From the NCBI GenBank assembly GCA_963666315.2, contig CAXXHG010000018.1, positions 110,936 through 174,935 on the forward strand: DNA of 64,000 nucleotides, read 5' to 3'. How positions within the stretch are numbered: the first letter of the stretch is position 1; the number at the start of each line of letters is the position of its first letter. The notes beneath the pieces were generated by a model. That model was not told the origin of the DNA. It searched no databases and saw nothing but the letters and a program-made list of their open reading frames with translations. Source of the stretch: Candidatus Binatia bacterium. Its GTDB lineage: Bacteria; Desulfobacterota; Binatia; Bin18. Positions 19,644 to 29,651 of this stretch are shown one piece after another. A program made the position numbers and the translations under genes.

Positions 19644-20822
19644 TTATGCCTCGGCGTAGAAGCGTTCGAGCACTTTATGGAAATAGCGGATCTGCACTTC
19701 CTCGTCTTGGAAATACAGCTCTTTCTTCGCCCGTGAGGCAAGCCCGATATGGATCTGCTCGTGGGCGGTTGCGTCCTCTTGCAGGAGATCACGCAGCAGG
19801 CATTTGAAATATTCCTGGCCGACCCGTTGTCCGGCATTTTCAGCAGGACGGCAATAGAGCTTGATATCCCAATCGGTTTGATTGACTGCGTTGGGCCAGA
19901 AATTATACGTCATATAATAATCGTGCGAGACACCTTGAAAGAGCAGCAGGGCCATATTGGGAAAGATCGTGTAAAAGTCGAAGGGGCCAATGCGGGGTAA
20001 GCGATATTCGGTCTCGGCAACGCTGAATTGGACTGCCAGCTTTTCGGTCGCAGGTCCAACGCGATCATCGGGCGATTCTGACGAATACACACTGTGATGA
20101 TTAAACAGACGCACATCAAGCAAACGCGTATATTTGCCATCTTTCATCACACAAAACTGCGGAATAGTCCGGCGGTGCTGAAAGGGGATATGATACAGCT
20201 CGTTCTGGGCATCAAGAGCAACCTTCCAGTTAGCGTGTTCGTCAATTTTATACTGCCCCATCAAAGCCAATTCGCTAAAGCCGCCCCCCTCAAGCTGGTC
20301 AGCCACACCACCTAAGTATTCTCTGAGGCTCTCATTCGGCTTAGGATCAAGATTAATAAAGATAAAGCCTTCGAACACATCGGTATGGATCGGGCTCAGG
20401 CCCAGGTCACGCTTGGGGAGATCGAAGAAGTTCTCTTCATCCGACACCCAGGTGAGTTCGCCCTTGGTGTTATACGACCAAGCATGAAATCCGCAGGTAA
20501 GCGAGCCATTGCATGAGCCCTTCTCATCCCACACCAGCTTATTGCCGCGATGCGAGCACACGTTGTGAAAGCCGCGAACCACACCATCCTTGCCGCGCAT
20601 GATGAGGACCGACGCGTTGCACGCAACCAGATCTTTGGCAATATAATCACCGGGATTGGGAATCTCCTCTACCCGTCCGATATTCAGCCAAGCTCGCCGA
20701 AAAATCTTTTCTCGTTCGAGCTCGAAATACTCCTGGGAAATTAACGGTTCTGCGGATACGGGACCCGTACCAACTTCCGGATATTTTTTTGCCCAGCGTT
20801 TGTCGTCGATGACGGTTTGCAT
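19644..20822 (-). CDS. Rieske non-heme iron oxygenase alpha subunit
   Basis: CSH..CGFH Rieske ligands; ELYHIPFQH and ED mononuclear Fe ligands. Confidence 0.92.
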   Translation of the reverse strand: MQTVIDDKRWAKKYPEVGTGPVSAEPLISQEYFELEREKIFRRAWLNIGRVEEIPNPGDYIAKDLVACNASVLIMRGKDGVVRGFHNVCSHRGNKLVWDEKGSCNGSLTCGFHAWSYNTKGELTWVSDEENFFDLPKRDLGLSPIHTDVFEGFIFINLDPKPNESLREYLGGVADQLEGGGFSELALMGQYKIDEHANWKVALDAQNELYHIPFQHRRTIPQFCVMKDGKYTRLLDVRLFNHHSVYSSESPDDRVGPATEKLAVQFSVAETEYRLPRIGPFDFYTIFPNMALLLFQGVSHDYYMTYNFWPNAVNQTDWDIKLYCRPAENAGQRVGQEYFKCLLRDLLQEDATAHEQIHIGLASRAKKELYFQDEEVQIRYFHKVLERFYAEA

Positions 20823-20931
20823 AGAGGTCCCTCCTTATGGAACAACTGTACCCACTACCTATACTCGGTGAGGGAAGCGGGCGTCAAGCTATGGGAACTC
20901 GGATGTCCTCAATAGAAAGGGCAGCCACATC

Positions 20932-20960
20932 AAAAAGGGCAGCCCCATGGGGCTGCCCCT
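20932..20960 (-). terminator. Intrinsic terminator
   Basis: AAAAAGGGCAGCCCCATGGGGCTGCCC downstream of the nicX-like gene. Confidence 0.7.
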
Positions 20961-20990
20961 ACCCTTTCGTATGGATTCTCACCAACGCGC

Positions 20991-22043
20991 CTATCTTCCC
21001 GCCGCCCGCATATCTTTTGGTATCACGTCACCGTCTTGGACGATGAGCTCATCATCCAAGTAGAGCGTGCAGCCCTTCATGGGCAGATCCATGTGGCAGG
21101 CGGTGTCGTTCGTGCCGCCGAGCTCGGTATTGGGTCCAGTCGAGAACAGGACGTTGCCATAGAACGCGCGGCCATCCATGCCGATCGTTGGTGCGCCAGT
21201 GGCCAAATAATCCCAGCGCGCCAGGTCGTTCAGCCCCCAACCGATGTGCGAGATCGCAAACGCACGCGGGTCGTGAAAGCCGTCCATATAGTCCTTCACC
21301 AACATGGCATCAAAGCCGCCCTTACTATCAACGATCATGCCTTCCCGGATGGTGAACTCGATAGGTTCTTGGAGATATTTATTAAAAGGAAACAAAATAT
21401 CGCCTCGATCCATGACCACCTTTCCGTTCACCCCGGTCTCTGATCCTTGGGTGGCAAGGAAGCCGCCGGGCCAGTGATCCCAGCGGCCAGGCGCATCGGT
21501 AAAACCATATTCGGTCAGGACGGGATATTTGCCCAGCTCATAGCTGACATCGGTTCCAGCCGGATTGGTAAAGCGAAGATTGTGGGCTTTTGCCAAGCGT
21601 GCTTCAGCGGCCTCCACACGATCACGCAACTCTTCCGTAGGGAAAAGGCGCGCTAGGACTTCAAACGGCTCGACAACAAGTAGGATACGGGTGTCTGCGG
21701 CTTGGATCTCAAGCTGCTCTTTTGAGAAGAGCAGAAAGATCAGATCCACAACCAGATCAGCGCTTTTTAAGGCTTCAATGGCAGGCTTATTTCCAGAGAG
21801 GGCGTTCTGGCCGACTTCGCCCCCCACTTGTTGCCCCCCACCAGCCGTTCGCGCCGGCAAATTAACATTGAAAACATCAACGCCCAGCTCGCGCGCGGCA
21901 ATCATGAACGCGGACGCATACTCAACTGCTTGTTCCGCCTCAGACAGAACCGCAATGGTCTCGCCTTGTTTCACTTTGCACAGTTCGAGTTCCTGCCGGA
22001 ACAAGCTCACCATAGTATTGGTCTGACTCATAGACAGTGCCAT
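20991..22043 (-). CDS. nicX: 2,5-dihydroxypyridine 5,6-dioxygenase-like (M29 aminopeptidase fold)
   Basis: EYGF.D.PGRWDHWP.GF, SHIGWGLN, MD.RAFYGN.LFSTGPN.E.GG and CH.D.P match NicX, including the His/His/Asp Fe ligands. Confidence 0.8.
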   Translation of the reverse strand: MALSMSQTNTMVSLFRQELELCKVKQGETIAVLSEAEQAVEYASAFMIAARELGVDVFNVNLPARTAGGGQQVGGEVGQNALSGNKPAIEALKSADLVVDLIFLLFSKEQLEIQAADTRILLVVEPFEVLARLFPTEELRDRVEAAEARLAKAHNLRFTNPAGTDVSYELGKYPVLTEYGFTDAPGRWDHWPGGFLATQGSETGVNGKVVMDRGDILFPFNKYLQEPIEFTIREGMIVDSKGGFDAMLVKDYMDGFHDPRAFAISHIGWGLNDLARWDYLATGAPTIGMDGRAFYGNVLFSTGPNTELGGTNDTACHMDLPMKGCTLYLDDELIVQDGDVIPKDMRAAGR

Positions 22044-22097
22044 TGTTCCTCTCCTTTTTTATCCCTTTTCGTCCCTTTTCACCTTAGCCCTTTACCG

Positions 22098-23258
22098 TTA
22101 CTCGCCAAATACTTTGTCCAAATAGTAGTTCATCACATGATGCACAGCGATTTCATACTTCGACATAGGTCCTGGCTGATAGGCTCGGGACCGGAAGCCA
22201 CGCTGTAAAGACTGTACCATGCTCATGTCTTCCTCTAGCGCAACGTGCAGAAAATCCTCATAGACTTTGATGCGTTCCTTAAAATCCGGCAGATCAAAAC
22301 GCTGCTTGGGAAACAGCATGTGCACGAGGGCCATGCTGCGGTTCGCGTCAATAGGCCATTCGGTAATGTAATGGATATTATCCTGCCTGGCATAGAATCC
22401 CATATTCGGCTGGAGATGGCTAGAATAGCCCTTCTCCAGATGTTCGCCTGACAGCCAGGGCATGAAATCAAAGCGCGGCTTGCCATCATGGGTCATGGGA
22501 CTCACACCTTTGAAACGGCCATAATAACCCCACGGTTTGAGCTGGAATTCATATGATTCGAGGGGCTGATGCGGACCAAACGAAGAGGCGTGCAAAGTTG
22601 CCAGATGATAAATATCGACCAGATTCTCAGCCGTGGCTTTCCAGTTACAGTCATATTCGATGGCGAACTTTATCGCTAAACGCAGATCTTCGGGTTGGTA
22701 TGGCCCAAAGACCTCAGGAAAGTCGCCTAAGAATTCCAGTAAGCTCTGACTGTCCGGATTGAAATTGAGAAAAACAAACCCACCCCAGGTGTCGAGCTTG
22801 AGGGGTACGAGGCTGTACTGCTGCATATCAAAGTTCTCAATCTCTTTTGTATAGGCCGCAGCTCGGAGCCGCCCACACAGATCATACGTCCAGCCATGAT
22901 AAGGGCACTGGAACCGCTTGGTATTGCCCTGGCCAACCGCGACCTCGGTCCCGCGATGGCGGCAGACATTGTAAAAGGCGTTGAGCTGCCCGTCTTCATC
23001 CCGAACCACCATAATCGGTTCATCCGCAATACACAGCGTGAGATAGTCTCCTGGCTTTTCAAATTCCTCGACGCGTCCAACGCACAGCCAGTCTCGCAAG
23101 AAGATACGTTCTTTCTCTAACTCGTAGGTCTCTTGTGAGGTGTAAAAGTCACCCGGTAGATGCCGGGCTTGATGCAGGGGCGATTGGGTCGGTGCAATAC
23201 GGGACGCGAACTGCGACCCGACACCCTGCGTACCGTTCTCATGAGAAGACAGTGCCAT
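22098..23258 (-). CDS. Rieske oxygenase alpha subunit (choline monooxygenase-like)
   Basis: CRH..CPYH, ENLVDIYHLATLH and EED. Confidence 0.92.
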   Translation of the reverse strand: MALSSHENGTQGVGSQFASRIAPTQSPLHQARHLPGDFYTSQETYELEKERIFLRDWLCVGRVEEFEKPGDYLTLCIADEPIMVVRDEDGQLNAFYNVCRHRGTEVAVGQGNTKRFQCPYHGWTYDLCGRLRAAAYTKEIENFDMQQYSLVPLKLDTWGGFVFLNFNPDSQSLLEFLGDFPEVFGPYQPEDLRLAIKFAIEYDCNWKATAENLVDIYHLATLHASSFGPHQPLESYEFQLKPWGYYGRFKGVSPMTHDGKPRFDFMPWLSGEHLEKGYSSHLQPNMGFYARQDNIHYITEWPIDANRSMALVHMLFPKQRFDLPDFKERIKVYEDFLHVALEEDMSMVQSLQRGFRSRAYQPGPMSKYEIAVHHVMNYYLDKVFGE

Positions 23259-23388
23259 ATCAACCAGCCTCCTTTTGATTTGGCGTATACCGTTCGCTCA
23301 CGACCTGTCAAGCAAAAGTCTTGACACTCTTTCACCCCACTGCCAGACTCGCGTCGTAACCTACGTAATGAGCGAGGGGACAAATCGC

Positions 23389-23420
23389 GTAGGTCGGGTT
23401 TAGCGGAGCGTAACCCGACA
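23389..23420 (+). repeat. GTAG-family REP element
   Basis: GTAGGTCGGGTTTAGCGGAGCGTAACCCGACA. Confidence 0.85.
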
Positions 23421-23478
23421 TCGCCCTGATCGAACGAGAACCGCAGCTGAGACGAGCTGACCATAAGGAGGAAAGAGC

Positions 23479-24558
23479 ATGCAGTTTGGCGTTTGTGTTG
23501 CCACGAAAATCGATGACTGGCAAATGATCAAATATGCGGAAGAGCTGGGCTATGACAGGGCCTGGATCCCCGACTCACAGATGATCTGGTCGGACTGTTA
23601 CGCCACCTTAGCACTTGCCGCACAGAACACATCGCGCATTCGTATTGGGACTGGAGTTGCCATCCCTGGGACGAGAATCGCTCCAGTCACCGCTCACTCT
23701 ATTGCTTCTATTAATCGCATAGCACCAGGTCGAGTCTTTTTAGGTATTGGCACCGGCCATACTGCCATGCGGGTCATGGGTATGCAGCCTATGCGCATTC
23801 GGGACTTCCGGGAGTATCTACGGGTGGTCAGGACGCTGCTGCAGGGGGAGGAGGTTGAATACACCCTTCATGACACAACTCGGACGATCCGCTTTCTTCA
23901 TCAGGACTTAGAGTTCCTGAATTTGGACGATCCGATTCCGATTATTGTGGCCGCCAATGGTCCTCGAGCCCTGAAAACTACAGGTGAGTTTGGTGACGGA
24001 TGGGTCGCAGGGATGAAACCAGGACCGGAAGTCTTCCGTAACGATTTGCGTCAGGTCCAAGCAGGGGCAGAACAGGTAGGCCGGACGTTACCCGGCAGTT
24101 TCCATACTGCGGCTCTTACGACGGCCATCGTGCTTCGACCCGGAGAGTCGCTGACCTCGGATCGGGTTATTGAGATGTGTGGTTCTCAGGTCGCAGCCAT
24201 CATCCACTTTGTATACGAAATATATAAACAAACAGGCAGTGAGGAAGTCATCCCGGAAGGTTATCGAGGAATCTGGGATGAATACTGCGCCCACGTCGAG
24301 CAGATGGAGACGCCACAGGACAAACGCTACCTCCAGCTTCACAACGGCCACTGCACCTTTCTCGTGCCCGAAGAGCGCCGCTTTGTCACGCCTGAGGCCA
24401 TCCAGGCTGCGTGTCTGGTTGGTGAACCAGAAGAAATCATCCATCAGATCCGGGCAGTCGAAAAGGCTGGCCTGAAGGAAATCACACTCTTACCACCCAT
24501 GGCAGCAGCACGCGCGGTATTCAAGGACTTCTCCGAGCAGGTTATGCAGCGCTATTAG
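23479..24558 (+). CDS. LLM-class oxidoreductase
   Basis: Same length (359 aa) and near-identical N-terminus to 9212-10291; AGGAGG RBS. Confidence 0.9.
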   Translation: MQFGVCVATKIDDWQMIKYAEELGYDRAWIPDSQMIWSDCYATLALAAQNTSRIRIGTGVAIPGTRIAPVTAHSIASINRIAPGRVFLGIGTGHTAMRVMGMQPMRIRDFREYLRVVRTLLQGEEVEYTLHDTTRTIRFLHQDLEFLNLDDPIPIIVAANGPRALKTTGEFGDGWVAGMKPGPEVFRNDLRQVQAGAEQVGRTLPGSFHTAALTTAIVLRPGESLTSDRVIEMCGSQVAAIIHFVYEIYKQTGSEEVIPEGYRGIWDEYCAHVEQMETPQDKRYLQLHNGHCTFLVPEERRFVTPEAIQAACLVGEPEEIIHQIRAVEKAGLKEITLLPPMAAARAVFKDFSEQVMQRY

Positions 24559-24582
24559 AGAACAGGACTCAGGAGCATACAC

Positions 24583-24969
24583 TTACCGCTTGATCTGGGT
24601 GGGCGTAGGTGTAAAGCCATCCAATACAAACACTCGATCCCGCTTGTACAGACGTCCTTCGAGGACAATCGGGCGGCCTCGCATAGCCGGGCTTTGGATA
24701 GCGGTCAATAATTCCGGAGCACCGGCCAGGACAAAAGACTTTTGCATGGATTCCAGCACCCGCCAGGCCGGCTTGCCATTATCGCGGCGGTCTGTACTGC
24801 GAACATGCATCGTCCACGTCTGCTTGTTAATACGCATCCACAGCGTACGCGGATAATCGCCCGGTCCGTCCTCAGGACTTAAGAGTACGCCGGAAAGATG
24901 CATAGGCATGCCGTAAGAGATCCAGCAGCCTGATAGTACAAGAACAACGGCGAATACAACCCCTTTCAT
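24583..24969 (-). CDS. Hypothetical exported protein
   Basis: Hydrophobic signal-like N-terminus, GGAGG RBS; fills the gap between genes. Confidence 0.65.
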   Translation of the reverse strand: MKGVVFAVVLVLSGCWISYGMPMHLSGVLLSPEDGPGDYPRTLWMRINKQTWTMHVRSTDRRDNGKPAWRVLESMQKSFVLAGAPELLTAIQSPAMRGRPIVLEGRLYKRDRVFVLDGFTPTPTQIKR

Positions 24970-25063
24970 TCATTCCTCCCTTTGAGGAGCCACTCTTTCT
25001 CGTGCATATGTCTCACTGACGAGGCGAGCAAGGGTTGCCCTGCTTCGCGGCGGTGAACCTGAT

Positions 25064-26293
25064 ATGAGTCTGTATATGAGAAGGGAGATCCGACTCGGTC
25101 CTGGCCTACTCGTCACGGCGGCCTTTATCGGCCCTGGTACGGTCACTACAGCCAGCGTAGCCGGGGCGCAGTTTGGCTTTGCCCTATTATGGGCGGTTGT
25201 TTTTTCTGTCATTGCCACTCTTGTTCTGCAAGAAATGGCGGCACGACTGGGCGTCATTGGACGCTGCGGGCTGGGAGAAGCATTGCGGACTGCGATTCAG
25301 CATCCAATCCTCCGCCCTGGCCTCGCGTTCCTCATCATAGTCGGTATTGGCTGCGGCAATGCCGCATTTGAGATGGGCAATATCCTGGGTGCGGCAGTGG
25401 CCTTGGCCGACCTCTCTTCACTACCAGCTTCTTCGTGGGTACTTGTGATTGGCGGTCTTACTTTTTTCCTGCTCTGGTCCGGGGCCTATGCACCTCTAGA
25501 GCACATGCTGATCCTTTTGGTGGTCATCATGAGTAGCGTCTTCCTCCTCACAGCCAGCCTTGTCCAGCCGTCGCTGTCCGATATCCATTCCGGCTTCTTC
25601 ACGCTGACGATGCCTCCCGGTTCATTCCTTACTGTCATGGCGCTCATCGGAACGACAGTCGTCCCGTACAATTTGTTTTTGCACGCCAGTGCGGTTCAGA
25701 TAAAATGGCCGGTCACCGACCTCTCTCGGCAGACCCTACGAGCAGCGCGCACCGACAGCCTGGTCTCGATTAGTCTGGGCGGTTTACTGACTGTGGCGAT
25801 TCTAACAACAGCGGCCTCGACATTTTTTATGCAGGGCATTCCGCTGAAGAACGCGGCGGCTATGGCCACACAGCTTGAACCCCTCGTCGGCACAAGCGCC
25901 CGCCTCCTCTTTGCCAGCGGTCTCTTTGCGGCGGGGTTGACCAGCGCGATCACTGCCCCCCTCGCTGCCGCGTATGCCACAGTCGGGATACTGGGTTGGT
26001 CGACAAGTCTGAAGAGCAGAAACTTTCGGCTCGTGTGGACGAGCATTGTTTTGATTGGCACGGGCTTGGCTTTTTTCGGCACTCGCCCGATTCACGCCAT
26101 CTTACTCGCACAGGCAGCCAATGCATTTCTACTCCCACTCCTAACCGGCTGCCTCCTCTTTGTCATGAACCAGAAATCCCTTCTTGGTTCATACACCAAC
26201 GGAATTCTCGCGAATACGCTGGGCGGCAGTGTCTTTCTTATCGTCACCAGCTTAGGCATCTTTCAATTGCTGAGAACGCTTGGGATAGTATAA
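25064..26293 (+). CDS. NRAMP-family divalent metal transporter
   Basis: GPGLLVTAAFIGPGT, QEMAARLG, GTTVVPYNLFLH; multiple TM helices. Confidence 0.9.
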   Translation: MSLYMRREIRLGPGLLVTAAFIGPGTVTTASVAGAQFGFALLWAVVFSVIATLVLQEMAARLGVIGRCGLGEALRTAIQHPILRPGLAFLIIVGIGCGNAAFEMGNILGAAVALADLSSLPASSWVLVIGGLTFFLLWSGAYAPLEHMLILLVVIMSSVFLLTASLVQPSLSDIHSGFFTLTMPPGSFLTVMALIGTTVVPYNLFLHASAVQIKWPVTDLSRQTLRAARTDSLVSISLGGLLTVAILTTAASTFFMQGIPLKNAAAMATQLEPLVGTSARLLFASGLFAAGLTSAITAPLAAAYATVGILGWSTSLKSRNFRLVWTSIVLIGTGLAFFGTRPIHAILLAQAANAFLLPLLTGCLLFVMNQKSLLGSYTNGILANTLGGSVFLIVTSLGIFQLLRTLGIV

Positions 26294-26336
26294 GGCTGAA
26301 ACACAGACGCATGAGGCTAGAGGAAAAGGAGCTGCT

Positions 26337-27302
26337 ATGAAAATCGACGTGCATACCCACTTCATGTCAGAGCAGATGGCCCGCCACCTAGAGAAGCGCA
26401 GTCACTTTCCGTACACAAAATTCGTTGACGGCACCTACCACTTTCATTGCTGTCAGGGACTCACCGTCCCCATGGTCCCGCCCTTATACGACATGCAGGC
26501 AAAGCTGGCAGACATGGATGAAGCCGGCATTGATGTCGGGATTCTGAGCCTTGCCGTACCCGGCCCGGAGCTGCTGGGCGGAGCGCAGGCAGATGAGATG
26601 GCTCGAATCACGAACGATCTGCTGGCCGAGCTGATTGCCGGCCATCCAGACCGTTTCTGGGGCTATGCGACCTTGGGATTCGGCGATATCGAGGCCTCAC
26701 TCAAAGAGCTCGACCGCTGCATATCAACGCTGAAATTTCGCGGCTTGCAATTATATTCGAATATCAATGGGAAACCCTTAGATGCCCCGGAGTTTCGGCC
26801 GATTTTTGCACGCATCGCCGAACTTAAACGCCCGATTTTTATTCATCCGACCGTTCCATTGAATCAAAACTATTTGACCGACCTCGTGCCTGTACCCGTC
26901 CTCGCCTTTATGGTCGATAACACCTTGGCAGCCATGCGTCTGGCCTTGTCCGGCATACTGTCCGAATACGCCGCCGCACCGATCATTATTCCGCACGCAG
27001 GGGCCACGGTGCCGTATCTCATGGGACGGCTGGATAGCATGCTGGAATACTTCGGCGGAGCGGAAGCAATACAAGAGCCAAGCCGGTTCCTCAAAAAGCT
27101 GTATATGGATACCGTGGTCTACCAGCCGGAGCCGCTCCAGTGGTGTTTGTCTCTCATGAGCGCAGATCAACTCGTGCTCGGGACCGATCACCCCTATGGC
27201 GCGTGGCGTCGGCCTATCCAGTTGCTGGAGGAGGTTGCCTGCTCAGATAGCGAACGACAGCAAATCCAGCACGGCAATGCCGAGCGTTTGTTTCAGCCCT
27301 AA
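26337..27302 (+). CDS. Amidohydrolase_2 (ACMSD-like decarboxylase/hydrolase)
   Basis: IDVHTH, FIHP, HAGA, R and GTDHPY motifs. Confidence 0.88.
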   Translation: MKIDVHTHFMSEQMARHLEKRSHFPYTKFVDGTYHFHCCQGLTVPMVPPLYDMQAKLADMDEAGIDVGILSLAVPGPELLGGAQADEMARITNDLLAELIAGHPDRFWGYATLGFGDIEASLKELDRCISTLKFRGLQLYSNINGKPLDAPEFRPIFARIAELKRPIFIHPTVPLNQNYLTDLVPVPVLAFMVDNTLAAMRLALSGILSEYAAAPIIIPHAGATVPYLMGRLDSMLEYFGGAEAIQEPSRFLKKLYMDTVVYQPEPLQWCLSLMSADQLVLGTDHPYGAWRRPIQLLEEVACSDSERQQIQHGNAERLFQP

Positions 27303-27326
27303 ACAGCACGTCTGACGGAGGTCAGC

Positions 27327-27905
27327 ATGAGTCATCTCTTTGCCTATCTTTCTCGGATGAAATTCATCCGGCGGTGGGGTCTGATGCGCAGTACGTATCC
27401 GGAAAATATCCAGGAACACAGCCTCCAAGTCGCCATGGTTGCACATGCCCTCGCCCTGATTCGCAATCGTCTGTTTAGCGGCACTGTCAACCCCGAACGC
27501 ACAGCTGCCCTGGCGCTGTATCACGACGTCAGTGAGGTCCTGACCGGTGATTTGCCCACCCCGGTCAAATATTTCAATCCTAAGATTAAGACCGCCTATC
27601 AGGATCTTGAAGAGACAGCGCTACACAAGCTGTTCAGCATGCTGCCGGATCAGCTGAAAGCCGACTATCAGCCTTTCTTTAGTCTCGACCAAGCCGACGC
27701 CAGCCACCATGAGCTGGTGAAAGCCGCAGATAAACTGTGTGCCTATATCAAATGTCTGGAAGAAATAAGCACGGGTAATCAAGAATTCTCACAAGCAGAG
27801 CAGACGCTACGGAATACGGTCGAAGGCATTGATCTGCCGGAAGTGCGTTACTTCCTGGAGACGTTTATCCCAAGTTTCCGCCTCACCCTCGACGAGTTAG
27901 GGTAA
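27327..27905 (+). CDS. yfbR: HD-domain 5'-deoxynucleotidase
   Basis: RMK.I.RWGLMR..ENIQEHSLQVA, YHD.SE.LTGDLPTPVKY and ADKLCAY.KCLEE. Confidence 0.92.
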   Translation: MSHLFAYLSRMKFIRRWGLMRSTYPENIQEHSLQVAMVAHALALIRNRLFSGTVNPERTAALALYHDVSEVLTGDLPTPVKYFNPKIKTAYQDLEETALHKLFSMLPDQLKADYQPFFSLDQADASHHELVKAADKLCAYIKCLEEISTGNQEFSQAEQTLRNTVEGIDLPEVRYFLETFIPSFRLTLDELG

Positions 27906-28028
27906 ACGGATAGGAAAAAAAGAAAACGGCAACAACGATACCGCAGGCAGGCATTCTGCCTGAACCCAACCAACATGCTCTGTTTTTGGTCGTCCGGGTC
28001 AAAGACCTTTCTCCTGTGGCAAAAGCGG

Positions 28029-28613
28029 CTAGCCGCTAGCAGCCTGAGCCAAAGCACGCTGTTCTTCAAGATCAAAGAAGAGCTCTTTCCCTGGGTTTTT
28101 CATTTCAGGACTCTCGCCCAATCTCACTATGCGGGCAACGATCTTGCCAGGTGCGATGTCGAGCAAGCCAATAGTCCCGAGGCGCGTAGACCACAAATGC
28201 GGATGGGTCGGGCTGCCGGAGTTAATCTGGAGGACACCGTCTCGATAGTCGAGGCGCTCAAAATGGGTATGCCCGGTGATGATAATGTCCGCGTGTTCTC
28301 CCCCTAGATACATCTCTTCGAGTATCGCAATCGGACGCTCCTCAGGCTCCATATCGTGAATCATGGCAATCCGCCAACCTTCCAGCTTGAGCCACTGTAT
28401 GTCATCCAGACGCACGTCTTCCCATCCACCGTCATTGTTGCCGCGAGCCGCCAAGGTCGGCGCAATCTTTTCAAGCCAGTCCAGCACTCGTGATGAAACA
28501 ATATCCCCACCGTGCAGAATGAGGTCTACGCCCTCAAAGGCAATCCTCACTTCCTCCCAGAGGTCACGAATTGTGCTGGGTAGGTGTGTGTCAGTCAGCA
28601 GGCCAATGCGCAT
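28029..28613 (-). CDS. YfcE/MJ0936-type metallophosphoesterase
   Basis: DTH, HGGD, GNND, GHTH and NSGS motifs. Confidence 0.9.
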   Translation of the reverse strand: MRIGLLTDTHLPSTIRDLWEEVRIAFEGVDLILHGGDIVSSRVLDWLEKIAPTLAARGNNDGGWEDVRLDDIQWLKLEGWRIAMIHDMEPEERPIAILEEMYLGGEHADIIITGHTHFERLDYRDGVLQINSGSPTHPHLWSTRLGTIGLLDIAPGKIVARIVRLGESPEMKNPGKELFFDLEEQRALAQAASG

Positions 28614-28673
28614 AGGTTTTTCCTCTCAAGTAGCAGCCCGCATCGGCTAATTTTCTGATAAAGTTTCCCCTCT

Positions 28674-28883
28674 TCACCGCACGTCCACCGAAATATCTTT
28701 CGTCTGCACCCCTGAATACTGAGGCGAAATTTCATCTTCGATCATCATTTTCTAGGCATCTCGGATATTCTCTTCGAACTCTTCGAGACTCTCCCCTTGT
28801 CTGAAAATTCCTGGAACTTCTTTCAGTCTTCCGACATGCCATCCATCGTCTATCCAATATTCAAGTGAGAATTGGCGTTCGAT
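28674..28883 (-). pseudogene. HicB-like antitoxin remnant followed by a truncated hicA start
   Basis: ERQFSLEYWIDDGWHVGRLKEVPGIFRQGESLEEFEENIRDA*KMMIED... The start codon reads ATC and there is a TAG at 28752-28754. An overlapping GTG gives MKRGNFIRKLADAGCYL. Confidence 0.75.
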
Positions 28884-29070
28884 GAAAATTCCCTCTTTCC
28901 TGTGTGGATTGATAACCTCCAGACCTTATGGACGGATACTTTCTTTGTCCGAGTTTGCACGGTTTCACCCTAACCTTGTCTCACTATGAGAACAAGAGAA
29001 AGCTACCGCGTTGACACGGCACAGCAGCCAGCATAGGCAAAAGCTCGACCCAACGAGCTGAGGATCCATC

Positions 29071-29496
29071 ATGCCTCTATCCGCGCACGGAAAACCGGAA
29101 TCCTTCCTCGCCAGCCTCCAAAACCTCCGACGTCAGAGTGACCAATATAGTCGATTCTTGCGCGGGCTGTTTCTGCATAAGCATTCGCTGCTGACCAACC
29201 ATTTCGCCCAGCTCTTCGCAGTGAATCAAATCACCCAACAGCTCATCGGAGCGCTGTATATCGTTGAAACGTGCAAAGCAGCTGGCAATGCGGAACGGGC
29301 GCTTTTTCATGCCCTCATGGACGGTCTGTTTGACGAAGCTTTTGATGCCATTCAGATTGTGAAACAGGCGTTTCTCGACGCTGGGCTTGAGCAGAGAAAC
29401 GAACAGCTCACCGCCGGGCTTACAGGAACTCTCCTTGAGATCAGACGTACTTATCAAGAGACGAGAGACAAACCTGTTTCAGCAGAGGTCTCATGA
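29071..29496 (+). CDS. Hypothetical helical protein
   Basis: 141 aa ORF with GAGGA RBS; no recognisable motif. Confidence 0.55.
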   Translation: MPLSAHGKPESFLASLQNLRRQSDQYSRFLRGLFLHKHSLLTNHFAQLFAVNQITQQLIGALYIVETCKAAGNAERALFHALMDGLFDEAFDAIQIVKQAFLDAGLEQRNEQLTAGLTGTLLEIRRTYQETRDKPVSAEVS

Positions 29497-29651
29497 GTAA
29501 GCGAAACTTTTTCTGAGCAACTCGCGTTCTCTCCCTCTCCCAAGAAAGACCCAAACAAGGAGACACCCTCTCCTTCAGGGTTCTCAGGGAGAGGGAACCA
29601 ATGGGGGAACCCGCCCCAGCGCTTCGCGCGCGCCTCCAAGGGAGGAACCTT

